NCBI GenBank assembly: GCA_016748015.1
Contig: JAAOMT010000151.1
Location: 1-64,000 of the forward strand
Source of the DNA: Geosiphon pyriformis uo1
Taxonomy: Eukaryota; Fungi; Glomeromycota
Direction: 5' to 3'
Length of the DNA stretch: 64,000 nucleotides
The notes under the pieces: generated by a model
Seen by the model: only the letters and a program-made list of their open reading frames with translations
What the model was told of the DNA's origin: nothing
Databases searched by the model: none
Part shown: positions 62,175-64,000 of the stretch, in pieces
Position numbering within the stretch: position 1 is the first letter of the stretch
Layout of the letters: every line of letters starts with the position of its first letter
Made by a program: the position numbers and the translations under genes

Positions 62175-63945
62175 TTTTTTTTTTTGTTAACATGTAGCCA
62201 TACTGGTCTTTTATTAGTTTAGCCATACTTAAAAAGCATGGCTTTTTTATAAAGCCAACTTACCCAATAATTTAAATTACAAGATATGGCTAATCACTAA
62301 GTAGTTATGCCTAACTATACACTAGTATAACCAGAAAACCTAAAGGATATTACACTATTACTTAAAGTAATTCTACTACCCAAAACATCAGTTAATATCT
62401 TATTACAATATGAGAATCCATCACTCATTTTAATATTGGAATTGCCACTACCATTATCACTATTCCTTGGCATTTTGTGTATGCTGGTCACACATTATTA
62501 ATACTTATTGATTTTTTCCACTCAGTTTGTAACTTACAATGTTTCCTCCATAATCTATTCCTCGCTTGAATTACTGCTTATTTACATACCTTAATTAAGA
62601 TATTATCATTAGCTCTCTGATTAATGTTAGCAAAAACATTAATTCTTCTAAATTGCTTATTGATTAATCCTTTGCATAGCAAATCTATATTGGGTGTTGA
62701 TCTGATGTATTCATTAAACAGAACAACCCTCTTATCAGGGTTCAAAATTTTATGTTTTCCTTTCACAGCCTTTGATAAGTACCACATCTACTCATTCCTT
62801 ATATCATCTATCAGTGTTTTGCCTTTTTAAGTATTCAGAAAACATTTTCAAAAGTGTTAATTGGTTTCTACTTCTGTGTGGCATACTTTGCACAAGTTGT
62901 TTATATACACTAAAGAACATCTATTGTATAGCATCTTTGCTGTTGGCAGCATGTTGTGGAATGATTTTATAATAAATATATGTATTGCTGAAAAACCAGC
63001 TGAGATGAAGCCTAATGACATTTTATCATTCCAGTTCTACACTTTGGTTGTGTACTTTCAGTTTACTCTCTGGTCTAAAGACCCTGCTGTCTCTTGTACT
63101 TTGTCATTGCTGATCCAATTCAAAGCTTCTTAAATTCCAGTCTGTTGGTTCAAAAAATGTCTGATATGCAAGAGAGGATGTAACTGATATTCTTAGCATT
63201 GTAAACCCATTTTACTGTGTTAAAAACAGTAGCTTCTTTGGCTAGTTTGTTAGCCATCTCATTTTCGAATATACCAGTATGTGCAGCCACTTTGTTTATG
63301 TTAAGATTAATTCTTTTTTCCCCTATTACTGCTTTAATTGCATTCTATGTACTCCAGTTAGGAATTTTGAGCTGATTCCTAATAGACAAAAGAGAATCTT
63401 TGAACAACCATTTTTGAGCTGTTAACATTATTGCCTAACTATCTGTGTTCAATATTAGTTTGCATTTGTGAAGTACTGCTTTCAAAGCCAATAATACAGC
63501 TTTTGCCTTAGTTTTTGTTGATGATAATGTTTCATTAACTGTTATACTAAAGTGGGCTTTTATTTCATGTATTACAAAAATGGTTGCTTCTCTAGCATCC
63601 TCAGAACCAGTTTTTACCAGTGAGCCATCTGTTGATATTTTTATTTTTTTTCTGAGTCTCAACTTCTTTCACACATTCTTCTATTGTGATAATAGAGCAT
63701 TAAGAATTTGGATGTAAATAAAGTCTTTTTGCATTATATCTAGGTTATTTGGTATTTGGTTATCTATTTTGTGCATTACTACTGCTTTATATTGGGTTAC
63801 ATTAATGTTCTTGTGTTCATCCATAATGATTGTAGACTTTAAAATCTTAAACTATTTGGAAATTCTACCACTGTTGCTTTGTCTATACTTCCTTGTAAAG
63901 TCCATTCATGTTATTAACAATCCATCCTTGGTCTGAATCTAATAT
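62175..63945 (-). mobile_element. LINE C 3' portion (RNase H to poly(A))
   Basis: Poly(T) at 62175-62185, 3' UTR, STDGS..NTDS. Confidence 0.92.
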
Positions 63946-64000
63946 TGTTATGGTTGAAACTTATACTTCTTATTAATTATTACATGTATTAGCCAATGAT
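63946..64000 (+). repeat. Start of a family A LTR
   Basis: TGTTATGGTTGAAACTTATACTTC after flank ATAT. Confidence 0.88.

Overview
An AT-rich, strongly CpG-depleted eukaryotic window that is essentially 100% nested, decaying retrotransposons; I see no host gene, RNA gene or CRISPR array. Protein style suggests a Glomeromycotina fungus such as Geosiphon (recollection, unverified). Four families account for nearly every base. (A) A Ty3/gypsy LTR family: 3 near-complete copies, fragments and a solo LTR, with a U_UUA_AAC -1 gag/pol frameshift. (B) A second Ty3/gypsy family with a Cys-rich insert and a dUTPase inside pol. (C) An APE-RT-RNaseH LINE: one full-length copy plus truncated and 5'-inverted copies. 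(D) A 2.4-kb poly(A)-tailed, TSD-flanked retroposon encoding only an ORF1-like RRM/zinc-knuckle protein and sharing the LINE 3' UTR (HAL1-like). Two systems stand out. First, both gypsy families stop pol after RNase H, encode integrase as a separate ATG-initiated ORF, and then carry a ~219-aa non-Env ORF. Second, the LINE and its ORF1-only passenger share a structured 3' recognition signal.
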